A stretch of DNA of 64,000 bases, from the NCBI GenBank assembly GCA_046729975.1, contig JBKPHS010000157.1:4470-68469 (forward strand). Direction: 5' to 3'. The DNA is from Actinomycetota bacterium. GTDB lineage: Bacteria > Actinomycetota > Thermoleophilia > Solirubrobacterales > Thermoleophilaceae. Positions 24,631 through 33,925 of the stretch are shown one piece after another. How positions within the stretch are numbered: position 1 is the stretch's first letter; each line of letters opens with the position of its first letter. Both the position numbers and the translations under genes were made by a program. The notes below the pieces were generated by a model that did not search any database, had not been told where the DNA came from, and saw nothing but the letters and a program-made list of their open reading frames with translations.

Positions 24631-27227
24631 GACAACCTCTCGAGCTCTGCGCGGTAGCGCTCCAGCTTCTCGCGCTCCGCCTCGACGACCTCGCGGGGGG
24701 CCTTCTCGACGAAGCGCTCGTTCGCGAGCTTCCCCTCGGCGCGGCCGATCTCCTCCTCCAGCTTGCGGCGTTCGGTGGTCAGGCTGCGCCGCGCCTCCTC
24801 CCGGTCGATGTCGCCGGAGGCCAGCACCTGCACCGCCCCGCCCGGGATCGCCACCGAGCTGATCACGTCGCCGTCTCCCCGCCCGTCGCGCGCCAGCTCG
24901 AAGCGCGCCAGCCGCGCCACGTGGTCCGCGGTCTGCTCGTAGCCCTCGGCCAGGAGCAGACCCGGGAGGCGTGCCGCGGCCGGCACGCGCGCGTCGTCCC
25001 GGTAGCGCCTGAGCGCGGTGACGGCCTCCATCACCTGACCGACGGCGCGCTCGGCCTCCTCGTCGATGAGCGAGTCGTCCCGCTCCGGCCAGCGCTCGAC
25101 GGCGAGCAGTCCGCGGGCGCCCGGCACGTGCGCCCACACCTCCTCGGTGACGAACGGCATCATCGGGTGGCGCAGCACGAGCACGCGCTCGAGCACGTGC
25201 AGCAGCGTCGCCGAGAGCGCCGAGCGGTCGGCCTGCTCATCGTAGAGGCGCGGCTTGACGAGCTCCAGATACCAGTCGCAGACCTCGCCCCAGAACGCGC
25301 CGTAGAGCTCGAGCGCGGCGCGCGAGTGGTTGTAACCCTCGAGCAGTCGCGTGACGTCCTCCGTAACCCGCTCCAGCACCGACAGGATCCAGCGGTCCTC
25401 CACGGTCTCCGGTCGAGGCGCCGCGTCCACGTTCTCGACCTTGAGGAGGATGAGGCGCGACGCGTTCCAGAGCTTGTTCGCCAGATCCTGCCCCTGCTGG
25501 ACCTTCTCCGCTGAATAGCGGACGTCCTGCGACGACGACATCGCGAGCAGGCCAAAGCGCAGCGCGTCCGCCCCGTGCTGGTCGATCACGTCGAGCGGGT
25601 CGATCCCGGTGCCGAGCGACTTGGACATGCGGCGGCCGTCCGGCGCCTGGATGATCGAGTTGATCGGGACGTCGGCGAATGGGAGCTCGCCGGTGAACTC
25701 CAGGCCCATCATCACCATGCGGGCGACCCAGAGGAAGATGATGTCGCGTCCGGTGACGAGGACGTCGGTCGGGTAGAAGGCGCGCAGCTCGGGAGTCTCG
25801 TCCGGCCACCCGAGGGTCGCGAACGGCCACAAGGCCGACGAGAACCACGTGTCTAGCACGTCGGGATCGCGGCGCAGCGGGCCGCCGCAGGCCGGGCAGC
25901 GCTCGGGCTCCTGCTCGGCGACGACGGTCTCACCGCACTCCTCGCAGTACCAGACGGGAAGCTGATGACCCCACCAGAGCTGGCGCGAGATGGCCCAGGG
26001 CCGGATATTGGCGAGCCAGTTGAGGTAGACGTCGGTGTGCGGGCGCGCCGGGTGGAAGCGAACGCCCCCCGCCTCGACCGCGGCGATGGCGGGCTTCGCG
26101 AGCTCGGTCATGTCGCAGAACCACTGGAGCGAGATCAGGGGCTCGATCCTGCGGCCGGACCGGTGCGAGTGCGGGACGTCGTGCGCATACGGCTGCGTCC
26201 CCGCGATCAGGCCCTGCTCGCGCAGCGCGGCGGCCACGGCCTCCGAGGCCTCGGCCACCTCCATCCCCGCGAAGCGCTCGCCGGCGGCCTCCGTCATGCG
26301 GCCGTCCTCGCCGATCACGCTGACCTCCTCGAGCTCGTGCCTGCGTCCGATCTCGAAGTCTGTCGGGTCGTGGCCTGGCGTGATCTTGAGCGCGCCGGTC
26401 CCGAACTCGGGATCGACGTGCTCGTCGGCGATTATCGGGAGCCGCCGGCCGATCAGCGGCAGGATCGCGTGCTCCCCGATCAGGCGCGTGTAGCGCTCGT
26501 CGCCCGGGTTCACCGCGATTGCGGTGTCGCCGAGCATCGTCTCGGGCCGCACAGTCGCGATCGTGATCGAGCCCGAACCCGACTCGAGCGGGTAGTCGAT
26601 CATGTAGAGGGTGTCCTCGACTGTGCGCTGCTCCACCTCGAGGTCCGAGATCGCCGTGCGCAGGCCCGGGTCCCAGTTGACCATGTAGTTGTCGCGGTAG
26701 ATCAGGCCCTTCTCGTAGAGCCGCACGAACACGTGGACCACGGCACGCACGTACTGGGGGTCCATCGTGAAGCGCTCGTCCGCGTAGTCGGCCGAGGCAC
26801 CGAGTCGCTTGTCCTGCTCGACGATGGCGCCCCCGTACTTACGGCGCCAGTCCCAGACTCGCTCGACGAACGCCTCGCGGCCGATCTCCTCGCGGCTCGT
26901 GCCCTCCGCCTCGAGCTGCTTCTCGACCTGCCGCTGGGTCGCGATGCCCGCGTGGTCGGTGCCGAAGATCCACTTGGTGCGCCGTCCCTGCATGCGCCGC
27001 AGCCGGATCAGCACATCCTGGATCGAGTGGTTGAGTGCGTGCCCCATGTGCAGCTCGCCGGTGACGTTGGGCGGAGGGATCGCGATCGAGAAGTTCTTGG
27101 ACGCGCTCCCCTCGGGCTCGGGGTGGAAGATGCCGGCCTCCTCCCAGAGGGCGAAGACGCGCGACTCGACCTCACCGGGGTCATAGCGGGTGCGCTGCTC
27201 GAGCTCTTGCAGGCGGTCGGTGGCCAC
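24627..27227 (-). CDS. valS: valyl-tRNA synthetase
   Basis: HIGH (PPPNVTGELHMGHA), KMSKS (GRRMSKSLG) and a C-terminal coiled coil. GTG 27227 (VATDRLQELEQRTRYDP) is the start consistent with homologues. The track extension to 27464 is Arg/Pro-rich junk. Confidence 0.95.
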   Translation of the reverse strand: MATDRLQELEQRTRYDPGEVESRVFALWEEAGIFHPEPEGSASKNFSIAIPPPNVTGELHMGHALNHSIQDVLIRLRRMQGRRTKWIFGTDHAGIATQRQVEKQLEAEGTSREEIGREAFVERVWDWRRKYGGAIVEQDKRLGASADYADERFTMDPQYVRAVVHVFVRLYEKGLIYRDNYMVNWDPGLRTAISDLEVEQRTVEDTLYMIDYPLESGSGSITIATVRPETMLGDTAIAVNPGDERYTRLIGEHAILPLIGRRLPIIADEHVDPEFGTGALKITPGHDPTDFEIGRRHELEEVSVIGEDGRMTEAAGERFAGMEVAEASEAVAAALREQGLIAGTQPYAHDVPHSHRSGRRIEPLISLQWFCDMTELAKPAIAAVEAGGVRFHPARPHTDVYLNWLANIRPWAISRQLWWGHQLPVWYCEECGETVVAEQEPERCPACGGPLRRDPDVLDTWFSSALWPFATLGWPDETPELRAFYPTDVLVTGRDIIFLWVARMVMMGLEFTGELPFADVPINSIIQAPDGRRMSKSLGTGIDPLDVIDQHGADALRFGLLAMSSSQDVRYSAEKVQQGQDLANKLWNASRLILLKVENVDAAPRPETVEDRWILSVLERVTEDVTRLLEGYNHSRAALELYGAFWGEVCDWYLELVKPRLYDEQADRSALSATLLHVLERVLVLRHPMMPFVTEEVWAHVPGARGLLAVERWPERDDSLIDEEAERAVGQVMEAVTALRRYRDDARVPAAARLPGLLLAEGYEQTADHVARLARFELARDGRGDGDVISSVAIPGGAVQVLASGDIDREEARRSLTTERRKLEEEIGRAEGKLANERFVEKAPREVVEAEREKLERYRAELERLS

Positions 27228-27274
27228 GGGCGAAGTGTATGGAGCGGCGTCCGGTCTCAAGCGGCGCGGCGCCC

Positions 27275-28051
27275 ATGTCGATCGATCCTCGGCCGATGCC
27301 GCTTCGCCACACCCCACCCCGTGTCTTCCGCCGCGCATTCTGGCCCGCGGCGGTGCTGCTGGCGGCCGCCGCCGCGCCCGTCCCGGCCGCCGAGCCCATT
27401 CCGGCGAGCATCGGGCGGCAGGGGTCGGGCACCTTCCTCGTGAGCTCGGCCGGTCGCCCGGCAAACGTCAGCCTGGGTCGCTTCGACGAGGTGGCGAGCT
27501 CGTCCGGGGCGCGCTGGGGCCTGCGCGCGCGGGCGCTCACCGGACGCATCGCCGGCATCCGCGACGGCCAGGACGTGGTCGGCTTCGGGCGGAACGTGCC
27601 GGCGGAGGCGCTGGCCATCGAGCGTGACTACGTCGTGCGGAAATACCGCCTGGTGAAGCGCTGCCGCGTGCAGGGCCGCCGGCGCTTGGCCTGCAGGACC
27701 ATCGGCAGGCGCTACGTCGGCCGGCGGGTCGACGAGCGGGACGTGACAGTGCGCCCGGACCTCGAGTGGCAGCCGGGCCCCGGCTATCCCGGTCCCGCGC
27801 AGTACGACCTCGAGACGGTGCTCATCCACGAGCTCGGGCACTTCGCCGGCAACCCCTACCACGCGCCGCGTTGCGTCAACTCGCCGCTGATGGAGTCGCT
27901 GGCGGCCGGCGACTGGTGGCGCTCGCAGAGCGATTGGCACGTCGGCGGATGCCCGCAGGCGCAGGACGTGGCGGCCAGCGCCCGGGCGCGACCCGCGCCC
28001 GCGCGGCTCGCCCACGAGCGGATCGTGGTCGGCGAGCGGCGCGTGCGCTAG
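27275..28051 (+). CDS. secreted metzincin-like zinc metalloprotease (putative)
   Basis: Signal-like N-terminus (FRRAFWPAAVLLAAAAAPVPAAEP) and HELGHFAGNPYH zinc-binding-type motif. Confidence 0.6.
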   Translation: MSIDPRPMPLRHTPPRVFRRAFWPAAVLLAAAAAPVPAAEPIPASIGRQGSGTFLVSSAGRPANVSLGRFDEVASSSGARWGLRARALTGRIAGIRDGQDVVGFGRNVPAEALAIERDYVVRKYRLVKRCRVQGRRRLACRTIGRRYVGRRVDERDVTVRPDLEWQPGPGYPGPAQYDLETVLIHELGHFAGNPYHAPRCVNSPLMESLAAGDWWRSQSDWHVGGCPQAQDVAASARARPAPARLAHERIVVGERRVR

Positions 28052-28053
28052 TA

Positions 28054-28130
28054 GGCAGAGCGCGGGCTCCGCCGGCTGCAGTGGGGCAGAGCGCTGCCCA
28101 CTGCCCCACTGCCCCACTGCCCCACTGCCC
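28054..28130. repeat. intergenic hairpin plus 8-nt tandem repeat (CACTGCCC x4) between convergent genes
   Basis: GCAGTGGGGCAG (28078-28089) can pair with CTGCCCCACTGC in any of several registers of the octamer array (28099-28130). The 10-nt direct repeat GGCAGAGCGC occurs at 28054 and 28085. Confidence 0.7.
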
Positions 28131-28822
28131 TAGAACAGCGAAACGCTCCCCACCAGCGCCGGGGCAAAGACGAGCGCCGGCAGGAAGTTCCCCACCTTCA
28201 CGTCGGCGACGTTCAGGAGCTTCAGCGAGATCCCGACTATCAGGATCCCGCCGGCGCTCGTGAGGGCATCGAGAGCCTCGCCGGTGAGCACGTCCTCGAA
28301 CAGGGTGGCGCCGAGCGAGATCGAGCCCTGGATTACCAGTACCGTGCCCGCGGCGAGGGCGACGCCCCAGCCGAGCGTGGCGGCCAGGGCGATCGACGCG
28401 AAGCCGTCGAGCGTCGCCTTGGTCGCGAGCGCCTGGTAGTCCCCGGTGAGCCCGTCCTGGATCGAGCCGACGACAGTCAGCGGCCCGACGCAGAACAGCA
28501 GGCTCGCGGTCACGAAGGCCTCGCTCACCCGGGAGTGACCGTCGCCCGAGACAGCGGCCTGGATGCGGTCGCCGAGCCGCTCCAGCCATGCCTCGATCCC
28601 GATCGCCTCTCCCGCCAGGCCGCCCAGCAGCACGCCGCCGAGCACGTAGAGCGGGTTCGTGTCGCGCCACGCGAGGCCGAGGTCGACGCCGATAAGGAGC
28701 GTCACGAGTCCGAGCCCCGCCAGCACACGCTTTTGGAGTCCCTCGGGCAGGCGGGGGCCGAGGACGACGCCGACGAGCGTGCCCGCCAGCACGGCGGCAA
28801 CGTTGATGAAGGTGCCGGTCAC
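28130..28822 (-). CDS. DUF554-family membrane protein
   Basis: 230 aa, MTGTFINVAAVLAGTLVGVVLG..., a polytopic YdfK/YqgA-like pattern. Confidence 0.8.
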   Translation of the reverse strand: MTGTFINVAAVLAGTLVGVVLGPRLPEGLQKRVLAGLGLVTLLIGVDLGLAWRDTNPLYVLGGVLLGGLAGEAIGIEAWLERLGDRIQAAVSGDGHSRVSEAFVTASLLFCVGPLTVVGSIQDGLTGDYQALATKATLDGFASIALAATLGWGVALAAGTVLVIQGSISLGATLFEDVLTGEALDALTSAGGILIVGISLKLLNVADVKVGNFLPALVFAPALVGSVSLF

Positions 28823-28829
28823 GGGCTCG

Positions 28830-29495
28830 CTACTGCAGGGCGCGCGTGAACTCGACGAGCTTGCGCGTGTCCCGCAGTGGCGCGCCGTGGCCGAAGAGCA
28901 CGAGCGACGGCTCGAGCTCGCCCAGCCGCTTGGCCGACTCGCGGTTGCGCTCCGGGTCCGGCGTGAGGAAGTCCTTCGGCAGCTGAAGGCCGGGTATGCC
29001 GGTCAGCGTGTCGACGTTGGCGAGCACGTCGCCGAGGATGAGCACGCGGTCGCGGTCGCGCCAGTAGGAGACGTGGCCCGCCGAGTGGCCGGGCGTGTCG
29101 AGCACCGTGAAGCCGGCGACGTGGTCGCCCTCCCGCAGGCGGCGATCGACCCCATGCGGCGGACCGGTCATGGTCCTCGCGAAGAACTGCGCGATCGCGT
29201 TCTGCGGCTGGCGCCTGCCGATCAGCGACGGGTCCTCCGCGGCGTCGGCGTCCCGCTCGGGGACCCAGTACGGAACACCGAGCTCCTCGCAGACCCGGTG
29301 GCTCGACCCTTGGTGGTCGGGATGCGCGTGGGTCAGCGCGTGCGCCGCGAGGCGGCGGCCGCGCAGCTCGCGCATGATGCGGCGACCCGCGTAGCGCGTG
29401 CCGGCGTCGATCAGGACGTCCTCGACGAGGTAGACGTTGATGAGGTTCGGCGGAAACCCGCCGAGCTGCCATACGCCGTCGGCGAGCTGCTTCAC
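28830..29495 (-). CDS. MBL-fold metallo-hydrolase
   Basis: HAHPDH (HxHxDH) motif. GTG 29495 is chosen because the track start 29609 lies inside clpX. Confidence 0.8.
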   Translation of the reverse strand: MKQLADGVWQLGGFPPNLINVYLVEDVLIDAGTRYAGRRIMRELRGRRLAAHALTHAHPDHQGSSHRVCEELGVPYWVPERDADAAEDPSLIGRRQPQNAIAQFFARTMTGPPHGVDRRLREGDHVAGFTVLDTPGHSAGHVSYWRDRDRVLILGDVLANVDTLTGIPGLQLPKDFLTPDPERNRESAKRLGELEPSLVLFGHGAPLRDTRKLVEFTRALQ

Positions 29496-29509
29496 GAAGG
29501 CGAGAAGCG

Positions 29510-30781
<1,272 letters not shown>

Positions 30782-30815
30782 GCCTCTCTCTCCCGGAGGA
30801 GGCGGCGATCCGCAG

Positions 30816-31400
30816 CTAGTGCTGCGCGATCACGCGGTCGATCAGGTTGTAGTCCTTCGCTTCTTCGGCACTCATAAAGTAATCCCGCTCGGTGTCCCTG
30901 GCGACCTTCTCGAGATCTTGCCCAGTGTGCTTGGCCAGAATTTCGTCAAGACGTCGCCGCACGTCGATGATCTCCTTGGCGTGGATCTCGATGTCCGTCG
31001 CCTGACCCTGGAAGCTCGAGGACACCTGGTGGATCAGGATCTTGGCGTTCGGCAGCGCCATGCGCTTCCCGGCCGCGCCTCCGGCCAGGAGCAGCGCGCC
31101 CATCGACATCGCGATGCCGACGCAGATGGTCTGGACGTCCGGCTTGATGAACTGGATCGTGTCGTAGATCGCGAGCCCCGCGTACACCGAGCCGCCTGGC
31201 GAGTTGATGTAGAGGGAGATGTCCTTGTCGGGGTCCTCGGACTCGAGGTGCAGGAGCTGAGCCACGATGAGGTTGGCGATCTCGTCCGTGACCGGCGTAC
31301 CGAGAAACACGATGCGCTCGTTCAGCAGCCGGCTGTAGATGTCGAACGCGCGCTCTCCGCGAGAGGTCTGCTCGACGACCATTGGGACTAGGGGGCTCAT
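30816..31400 (-). CDS. clpP: ATP-dependent Clp protease proteolytic subunit ClpP (single copy in this window)
   Basis: 194 aa with the catalytic Ser in [11 protein letters not shown] and the catalytic His in ILIHQ. Confidence 0.97.
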   Translation of the reverse strand: MSPLVPMVVEQTSRGERAFDIYSRLLNERIVFLGTPVTDEIANLIVAQLLHLESEDPDKDISLYINSPGGSVYAGLAIYDTIQFIKPDVQTICVGIAMSMGALLLAGGAAGKRMALPNAKILIHQVSSSFQGQATDIEIHAKEIIDVRRRLDEILAKHTGQDLEKVARDTERDYFMSAEEAKDYNLIDRVIAQH

Positions 31401-31502
31401 GGCTCTCGGTTCTTTTCGCTTCCTCGCGTCGAATCCTTCAGGCGCTGGGCGGCGAAGGTTAGCAACGGCGTCCCGGCGCTCCGGACGCTTGTTTGGGGCT
31501 GC

Positions 31503-31578
31503 TAATCGGTAGTCGGTAATCGGTAATCGGGCTTGGGTTCGGGGCCGTTCCGGACTACCGACTACCGACTACCGACTA
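31503..31578. repeat. 76-nt hairpin whose arms are 7-nt tandem repeats (TAATCGG/TAGTCGG x4 facing CCGACTA x3-4), 3 nt downstream of the tig stop
   Basis: The left arm 31503-31530 pairs with the right arm 31550-31578. A/C mismatches recur at the same heptad position. The loop is about 19 nt. Confidence 0.7.
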
Positions 31579-31581
31579 CTC

Positions 31582-32991
31582 CTAGGATCCCGGCGTCCAG
31601 AGCTGACCCGACTTCTCTTTCGCCTCTTTCTCCGGGGTCCAGAGCTGCTCTTTCGCCTTCGCTTGCTCCGCCGGGATCGGCTTGGCCGACTCGGCGAGCA
31701 GGTCGAGCGCCTTGCGCATCGCGATGTCCTCGCGCAGGAGCTCGTCGCGCCCCTGCTCCCTGGCGCGATCCAGGGTCTTGCGGATCGCCTTCTCGCTCGG
31801 CTCTTGGCCGCCGGCTCCCGTGGCGACCTGCCGCAGCGCGTCCATGACCTCGTCGTCTGTGACCTGGATGCCCTCGGCCTCGACGACGGCGGCGAGGACG
31901 CTCTCGCGCCGGAGCGCCCGCTCCGCCTCTGGCTCGGCCTCGTCGATCAGCTCGTGCTGGTCCTTGCCCATCAGCTGCGCGTAGCGCGCGGGCGAGATGC
32001 CCTGAGCCTCGAGACGGCGGGCCGTGTGCGCCCACATCTCGTGGGCCTTCGCGTGCACGAGCTCGTGGGGAATGTCGATCCTGGCGCGCTCGACCGCCGC
32101 GTCGACGGCCGCCTCGCGGAACTCGGCGTCGATCGCGCGCTCGTCGGCCTCATTCAGCTTCGACTCGATGTCCGCCCGCAGCTCGTCGAGTGAGTCGAAC
32201 CCGCCCGCCTCGCTCGCGAAGTCGTCGTCGAGCTCGGGCAGCCTCTTCTCCTTGACCTCCTTCACCGCGGTCGCGAAGACGGCCTCCTTGCCGGTCAAAT
32301 GCTCCGCCGGGTAGTCGTCGGGGAACGTGACCCGGACCTCGAGCTCGTCGCCCGCTCGGGCGCCCACGAGCTGCTGCTCGAAGCCCTCGATCAGCCGGCC
32401 TGATCCAAGCTCGAGCAGGTACCCGCGAGCCTCGCCGCCCTCGAAGGGCTCGCCGTCAACCGTGCCGGCGAAGTCGATCACGACGTAGTCGCCATCGGTC
32501 GCCTCGCGATCCACGGTCTCGAGCGAGGCCAGCGACTCGCGCAGCCGGGTCAGCGCGGCGTCGACCTCGTCGGGGCGCACCTCCGGCTCGCGCCTGCCGA
32601 CCTCGAGGCCCTTGTACTCGCCCAGCTCGGCCGGCGGCCGTACGCCGACCTCGATCGAGAATGCGAGCGGCGCTCCCTTCTCGGGCAGCTCGGTGAGGTC
32701 GAGCCTCGGATCGCCCACCGTCGCCAGGCGCGCCTCGCCGATGGCCTCCTCGTACCAGGCCGGCAGGGCGCGCCGCACCGCCTCCTCGAGAACGGCCTCG
32801 CGCCCGACGCGCTGGATCACGACCTGGGGCGGCACCTTGCCCTTGCGGAAGCCGGCGATCTTCAGGTCGCTGCCGAGCGCCTTCGCGGCCCCCTGAAGCT
32901 CGCGCTCGACGGCATCGGCGGGCACCTCGACCTCCACGCGCACGCGCGAGTCGCCGAGCTCCTTCGTGCTGGTTGTGAGCGCCGTCGCCAT
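31582..32991 (-). CDS. tig: trigger factor
   Basis: ATG 32991 (MATALTTSTKELGDSRVRVEVEV), FKBP-type PPIase (DYVVIDFAGTVDGEPFEGG) and a Lys/Glu-rich C-terminal tail. Lies upstream of clpP-clpX. Confidence 0.93.
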   Translation of the reverse strand: MATALTTSTKELGDSRVRVEVEVPADAVERELQGAAKALGSDLKIAGFRKGKVPPQVVIQRVGREAVLEEAVRRALPAWYEEAIGEARLATVGDPRLDLTELPEKGAPLAFSIEVGVRPPAELGEYKGLEVGRREPEVRPDEVDAALTRLRESLASLETVDREATDGDYVVIDFAGTVDGEPFEGGEARGYLLELGSGRLIEGFEQQLVGARAGDELEVRVTFPDDYPAEHLTGKEAVFATAVKEVKEKRLPELDDDFASEAGGFDSLDELRADIESKLNEADERAIDAEFREAAVDAAVERARIDIPHELVHAKAHEMWAHTARRLEAQGISPARYAQLMGKDQHELIDEAEPEAERALRRESVLAAVVEAEGIQVTDDEVMDALRQVATGAGGQEPSEKAIRKTLDRAREQGRDELLREDIAMRKALDLLAESAKPIPAEQAKAKEQLWTPEKEAKEKSGQLWTPGS

Positions 32992-33178
32992 CGGTCCGGC
33001 CACGATAGCGTGGGCGCCGTGCGGCCACTCGACTCCCCGGCACGCCGGCTCGCAGCCTGGCTCGTGACCGGTCCGGTCGGGCATCTGTGGTCAACGACGG
33101 CGGACGTCGTGCTGCTCTGGCTCCGGTACGGACGCCGGCTCGCGCGCGCGAGACTAGGGCGGGGTTAGCAGCCGGGCG

Positions 33179-33925
33179 TTAGGGCTGCGGCGCGGTGTCC
33201 CCCGGAGGGGCGGGCGCAGGCTGGGTCTGCTGCGGCTGGGTCTCTGTCGGAGCCGGCTGGGTCTGCTGCGGCTGGGTCTCCGTGGGCGACTCGCCGGGTA
33301 CCTTCTGCTCGGGGTCGGTCTCTGTCTCTTTGTCGTCGGGCGAAGTCTCGACGGGCGCCGGCTTCTCCTCGGTCTTGCGCTTCGAAGAGTTGCCGCCCGA
33401 GAAGAAGGTCGTGTCGCGCCCGCCGCCCGACACGGAGGAGCCGGTGATCAGCTCGGGGACCGTCAGCGCGAACACCGCGACGGCGAAGGCGATCGCACCG
33501 GTGACGAGCGCGACCTTCAGGTTCAGGCGCCGGCGCGGGCGATAGACGCGCACGTCGTCGGGTGTCCGGCCCGGCGGGGTCTCGCGCAGCCGGCGCGGAT
33601 CGAAGCGCTCGGCCGAAGGCCGCGCCGTCGCGGCCTGCTGCCTTCGCGTGGTCGCCACCGTGCGGATGCGCTCGGTCGGTCGATGCAGAAGCTCGCTGAC
33701 GATGGTCACGATCACGGGCGTGATCGCGGCCGTGACAACCTTGCCGCCCTCCCAGAACTGCGAGGTCGCCACAGCGGCGACGGCCGACGCGATGCTCGCG
33801 ATGACGAGCGTCTGGAGCGAGAGCGTTCCGACGCTCTCCCGCTGATCGGGGACCGGCCCCGATTCCTGCGCCTGGACCGTCGGTGGGGGAGCTTCGAAGC
33901 TTGTCCGATGCCTCACCGAAGGCAA
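33179..33925 (-). CDS. hypothetical membrane protein with Pro/Thr/Gln-rich repetitive C-terminus
   Basis: Two predicted TM segments. The C-terminus carries PTETQPQQTQPA twice, encoded by a 36-nt tandem DNA repeat (33219-33290). Confidence 0.5.
   Translation of the reverse strand: MPSVRHRTSFEAPPPTVQAQESGPVPDQRESVGTLSLQTLVIASIASAVAAVATSQFWEGGKVVTAAITPVIVTIVSELLHRPTERIRTVATTRRQQAATARPSAERFDPRRLRETPPGRTPDDVRVYRPRRRLNLKVALVTGAIAFAVAVFALTVPELITGSSVSGGGRDTTFFSGGNSSKRKTEEKPAPVETSPDDKETETDPEQKVPGESPTETQPQQTQPAPTETQPQQTQPAPAPPGDTAPQP

Noticed and set aside
27228-27274. T-box or other leader upstream of valS
   Set aside because: Only 47 nt separate the valS GTG from the divergent metalloprotease ATG. 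This is too short for a T-box, and no specifier or antiterminator features are seen.
25965-27443. 492-aa plus-strand ORF, plus the similar 3651-5126, 1517-2449, 2104-3375, 39804-41093, 41090-42439 and 42961-44097 ORFs
   Set aside because: All lie opposite to or out of frame with genes that have strong homology signatures (valS, obg, proA/proB, the M14-amidase, the MFS transporter, the methyltransferase). Their sequences are low-complexity and Arg/Pro-rich. I treat them as GC-driven artefacts.
31401-31500. ClgR-type operator upstream of clpP
   Set aside because: The closest match (TTCGCCGCCCAGCGCC on the transcribed strand) has CGC-N6-GCG spacing instead of the CGC-N5-GCG remembered for the ClgR consensus. 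That is not enough to call it.
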